This document shows positions 11,261 to 14,055 of a DNA stretch of 14,055 bases, piece after piece. The notes under the pieces were generated by a model that was not told the DNA's origin, did not search any database, and saw only the letters and a program-made list of their open reading frames with translations. The position numbers and the translations under genes are program-made. The stretch lies in the IMG/VR virus record IMGVR_UViG_3300038530_001701; one strand, 5' to 3'. The DNA is from a virus (lineage: Duplodnaviria > Heunggongvirae > Uroviricota > Caudoviricetes). The stretch's first letter is position 1. Every line of letters starts with the position of its first letter.

Positions 11261-11664
11261 TGTTTACAAGTAAGTTTATTGGTTTAAACGCTACAGGTAA
11301 AGTACCATTAACTTTATATAGACCCTCTAACTTCAACGGTGGTGGTTCTTATGTTGATGGTATTTGGGTAGAGGCTGAAGCAAGCCGTGTTGAGATTATG
11401 GCAAACATTCAGCCAGTTGGTTATAAGGAAACTATGATTGTTGAGGAAGCAGACCGATCTAAAAAGATGGTTAAGGTCTACTCAAGCTCTCCAATCTACA
11501 GTGAAGAAGAAAATGAGAATGGCCCAGACGAATTTGAATGGGAGGGTGACAGATACCGTGTAATGAAAGTTCTTAATTACAGCATGGGCATCTTAAACCA
11601 TTACAAGGCCATTGGAGTTATGAAAGAGAAGATTAACGAAGAACCAGAGGTTATTCCAAGATGA
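11260..11664 (+). CDS. Head closure/head-tail joining protein
   Basis: 134 aa, beta-rich; GGGSYVDGIW...ANIQP...DEFEWEGDRYRV pattern; translationally coupled to the previous gene (TAATG). Confidence 0.7.
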   Translation: MFTSKFIGLNATGKVPLTLYRPSNFNGGGSYVDGIWVEAEASRVEIMANIQPVGYKETMIVEEADRSKKMVKVYSSSPIYSEEENENGPDEFEWEGDRYRVMKVLNYSMGILNHYKAIGVMKEKINEEPEVIPR

Positions 11665-12152
11665 ATGTATATGATTTGGTAAGAACCGCTCTTTATAACT
11701 CTAGTAAGAAAATTATCACAGATAATCAGGTAATCCACTCACATCAAGGTGGGCAGGAGCCTAGAGGCACTTATTGTGCTATTAATGTTCTAAGAGCTGA
11801 TAAGATCGGTATGGAGTATAACTCTACTTATGCCGGTTATTATAATGACAACTTAGAAATACTTTCCCGAAACGAGTATGAGACAATCGTAAGATTCATG
11901 TTCGTAGGTAAAGATGCAGGTGATCTAGCGTATCACTTTGAAGCGGTAATGGATAACGCTGCATCTAGATTCCATTTCGGTACAGAAAACCTTGCTGTTA
12001 TGCGTAAGAGTGAGGTTCGCAGAGTACCTGAAAAGAGAGATACAACTTGGGTGGCTAGTTTCACACTTGATGTAACCTTCTCATACGCTGTTGAAATAAC
12101 ACAAGCAATCGATATTATCGAAGACGTTTCTTGGAACGCAACTATAAATTAA
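11661..12152 (+). CDS. Tail completion/terminator protein
   Basis: 163 aa; ATGA overlap; directly upstream of the sheath gene. Function inferred from synteny. Confidence 0.65.
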   Translation: MNVYDLVRTALYNSSKKIITDNQVIHSHQGGQEPRGTYCAINVLRADKIGMEYNSTYAGYYNDNLEILSRNEYETIVRFMFVGKDAGDLAYHFEAVMDNAASRFHFGTENLAVMRKSEVRRVPEKRDTTWVASFTLDVTFSYAVEITQAIDIIEDVSWNATIN

Positions 12153-12172
12153 CCTTAGCTAAGGAGTAATAT

Positions 12173-13462
12173 ATGACTGTCCTTACAGACATCATTGACA
12201 TTCAAATCTCAAGGGAGACAACTGCTGTTTCAAGAGCAGCTTTCAATATCCCTATGTTCCTTGCAACACACGCAAACTTCACTGAAAGATCACGCTCTTA
12301 TTCAAGCCTACAAGCTTTGAGTGCAGACTTCGATTCTGAGAGTGATGTATACGCTGCTGCAAGTAAACTATTTGGTCAAGAAATTAGACCGCCTCAAATT
12401 GTAATCGGTAAGCGTTACGCAGACAGCGTTGATGTTTCACTTGATTCAGTTAGTGGAAATGCCGTACTGACTTATGAAGGTCAGGAAGTAACTACAGATA
12501 TTTCTGGTGCTGTTGACGCTACTGCTGCCGTTGCATTGGTAAAAACTGATTTTGATAGTGCTGGTATCAGTACAATCACCTTCACAGATAACCTTGACGG
12601 TACATTCAGCATTGCCCCTGCATCTGCTGGTGATCAGTACAGCTTCACATACTCTAGCCAATTCTCTGCTACATACAATGCTACAGAAACTTGGGTAGAA
12701 GCTCTTGATGCAGTTAGCAACGAGAATAACGAGTGGTATGCACTTACAGCAGGAACTCATACAGAAGCTGATATTCTAGCTCTGGCTGGCGCTGTTGAAG
12801 CTCGTAAGAAAATCTACGGTACTTCTTCTAGTGATGCTGAAATTCTAAATGCTTCTTCTACAAACGACATTGCTACTCAGCTTTTCGATCTTGGATACCA
12901 GAGAACATTTATTGTTTACTCAGCAAACGCTGATACTCAGTATCCAGAAGCTGCATGGATTGGTGGACAACTACCAGAACAACCGGGTTCTAATACTTGG
13001 AAGTTCAAGTCTCTTGCTGGCGTAACTGTTAGTGCTTTGAACTCTACTCAGGCAAATGCTGCTAAAGATAAGAATGCTAATACTTACGAGCGTGTAGGTG
13101 GAGTTAGCATCGTATCTGAAGGTACAATGGCTGGTGGTGAGTTTATCGATGTTATCATCTTCGTTGACTGGCTGGAAGCACGTATGCGTGAAAGCATCTT
13201 CTTCCGTCTTGTAAACACTAAGAAGATTCCTTACACACAAGCTGGTGTAACAATCATCGAAAACGAAATCCGCAGAGTACTTGCAGAAGGTATTACAAAC
13301 GGTGGTCTTGCACCTAACCCGCAACCAACTGTTAGCGTACCTAACGTCCTTGCACTTGACCCGAACCTACGTGCTACACGTACTCTTGAAGGTATTTCCT
13401 TTGAAGGTCGTCTGGCAGGTGCTATTCACTTTGTTAAAGTACGCGGTACTGTTACAGTCTAA
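12173..13462 (+). CDS. Contractile tail sheath protein (DUF3383-like)
   Basis: WKFKSLAGV, DWLEARM, KIPYTQAGV and AGAIHFVKVRGTV motifs; SD AAGGAG. Confidence 0.88.
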   Translation: MTVLTDIIDIQISRETTAVSRAAFNIPMFLATHANFTERSRSYSSLQALSADFDSESDVYAAASKLFGQEIRPPQIVIGKRYADSVDVSLDSVSGNAVLTYEGQEVTTDISGAVDATAAVALVKTDFDSAGISTITFTDNLDGTFSIAPASAGDQYSFTYSSQFSATYNATETWVEALDAVSNENNEWYALTAGTHTEADILALAGAVEARKKIYGTSSSDAEILNASSTNDIATQLFDLGYQRTFIVYSANADTQYPEAAWIGGQLPEQPGSNTWKFKSLAGVTVSALNSTQANAAKDKNANTYERVGGVSIVSEGTMAGGEFIDVIIFVDWLEARMRESIFFRLVNTKKIPYTQAGVTIIENEIRRVLAEGITNGGLAPNPQPTVSVPNVLALDPNLRATRTLEGISFEGRLAGAIHFVKVRGTVTV

Positions 13463-13474
13463 TAGGAGTAAATA

Positions 13475-13996
13475 ATGGCTAGTAAATATACATCTACATT
13501 CAGCCCACAAGACGTAACTGTTGTTATTTCGCAAGGAGACTTCTCTCATATTGTGAGCGGATTCTCTGAAGACAGTATTGTAACAGTTGAGCGTAACAGC
13601 GATACATTCACTCTGTATACTGGTGCTGATGATACTAATACTCGTATCTATCAATCAAATACATCATCAATGATTACTCTGCCTTTGCAGCAAACATCAA
13701 ACAGTAACGACATTCTATCACAGATTTATGCTAATGATAGAGCATCTAGAGATTCTTCTGGTATGTTCTCTATCACTATTAAAGATAACTCTGGTAGAAG
13801 CTTGTTCTTTGCTGAAGAAGCATTCATCGGTCGTGTACCTGATGCTTCGTTTGGTAACACTATGCAACTGCGTGAGTGGCAGATTCAAGCTGTTCGTCTT
13901 GATGTTATCTTTGGTGGTAACGCCAACTTTACACCTGAAGACGCTGCTTCTTTCGAGCAACTTGGTGGTACAGTAGAAGACAAGTGGAGAGCGTAA
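13475..13996 (+). CDS. Tail tube protein (DUF3277-like)
   Basis: TFSPQDVTV...GFSEDS.VTVER...GADD...ITLPLQQTSNSN...IKDNSG...REWQI pattern; follows the sheath gene. Confidence 0.85.
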   Translation: MASKYTSTFSPQDVTVVISQGDFSHIVSGFSEDSIVTVERNSDTFTLYTGADDTNTRIYQSNTSSMITLPLQQTSNSNDILSQIYANDRASRDSSGMFSITIKDNSGRSLFFAEEAFIGRVPDASFGNTMQLREWQIQAVRLDVIFGGNANFTPEDAASFEQLGGTVEDKWRA

Positions 13997-14015
13997 TAGC
14001 TTTCTAAATTCCTAA

Positions 14016-14055
14016 AGGGAGGGGAAGGAGACTTCCCTTCTCTTTTTTTTTTTTT
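14016..14055 (+). terminator. Rho-independent terminator after the tail tube gene
   Basis: AGGGAGGGGAAG-GAGA-CTTCCCTTCTCT stem with a GNRA loop, followed by a T run to the window end. Confidence 0.88.

Noticed and set aside
1594-13976. Minus-strand and alternate-frame ORFs in the track (e.g. 1594-1842, 2013-2222, 2210-2512, 4110-4298, 4165-4359, 4492-4779, 5262-5456, 6138-6347, 7059-7307, 8448-8780, 9468-9803, 12446-12760, 12971-13324, 13728-13976)
   Set aside because: They overlap well-supported genes or tRNAs, show no recognisable motifs, and look like shadow frames of the + strand genes.
4511-13996. Introns or inteins in terL, portal or capsid genes
   Set aside because: The ORFs are uninterrupted, of ordinary length for their families, and show no intein or embedded endonuclease motifs.
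14043-14055. 13-nt poly-T at the window end as a special element
   Set aside because: It is the terminator U-tract; its length may be inflated by homopolymer or contig-end error and cannot be judged without downstream sequence.

Overview
A ~14 kb segment of a tailed dsDNA phage genome (myovirus with a contractile tail); every supported gene is on the + strand. Bases ~1-4.4 kb hold an array of 25 tRNA genes, each with an encoded CCA, covering all 20 amino acids. Interspersed are a small membrane-protein ORF, a YkuK-like RNase H-fold ORF, an HNH endonuclease ORF, a small unannotated ORF probably starting at AUA, and several structured non-tRNA elements. Bases ~4.5-14 kb hold the virion morphogenesis module: large terminase, portal, XkdF-like prohead protease, scaffold, lambda gpD-like decoration protein, lambda gpE-like major capsid, four neck/head-tail proteins, DUF3383-like sheath and tail tube, with terminators after the capsid and tube genes. 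The gene order recalls rV5/phi92/PAK_P1-like myoviruses; host and taxon cannot be fixed from this sequence. The least explained signals are inside the tRNA array: (i) three copies of a stem-closed CAGCAA element, one containing a circularly permuted tRNA-Tyr-like domain; (ii) two tandem pseudoknot-capable elements sharing ATGAACTGAGG; (iii) a degenerate cloverleaf at 730-804; (iv) two spacer hairpins with conserved register and compensatory changes. All folds were derived by eye and all protein family calls are from motif recognition; nothing was computed or searched.
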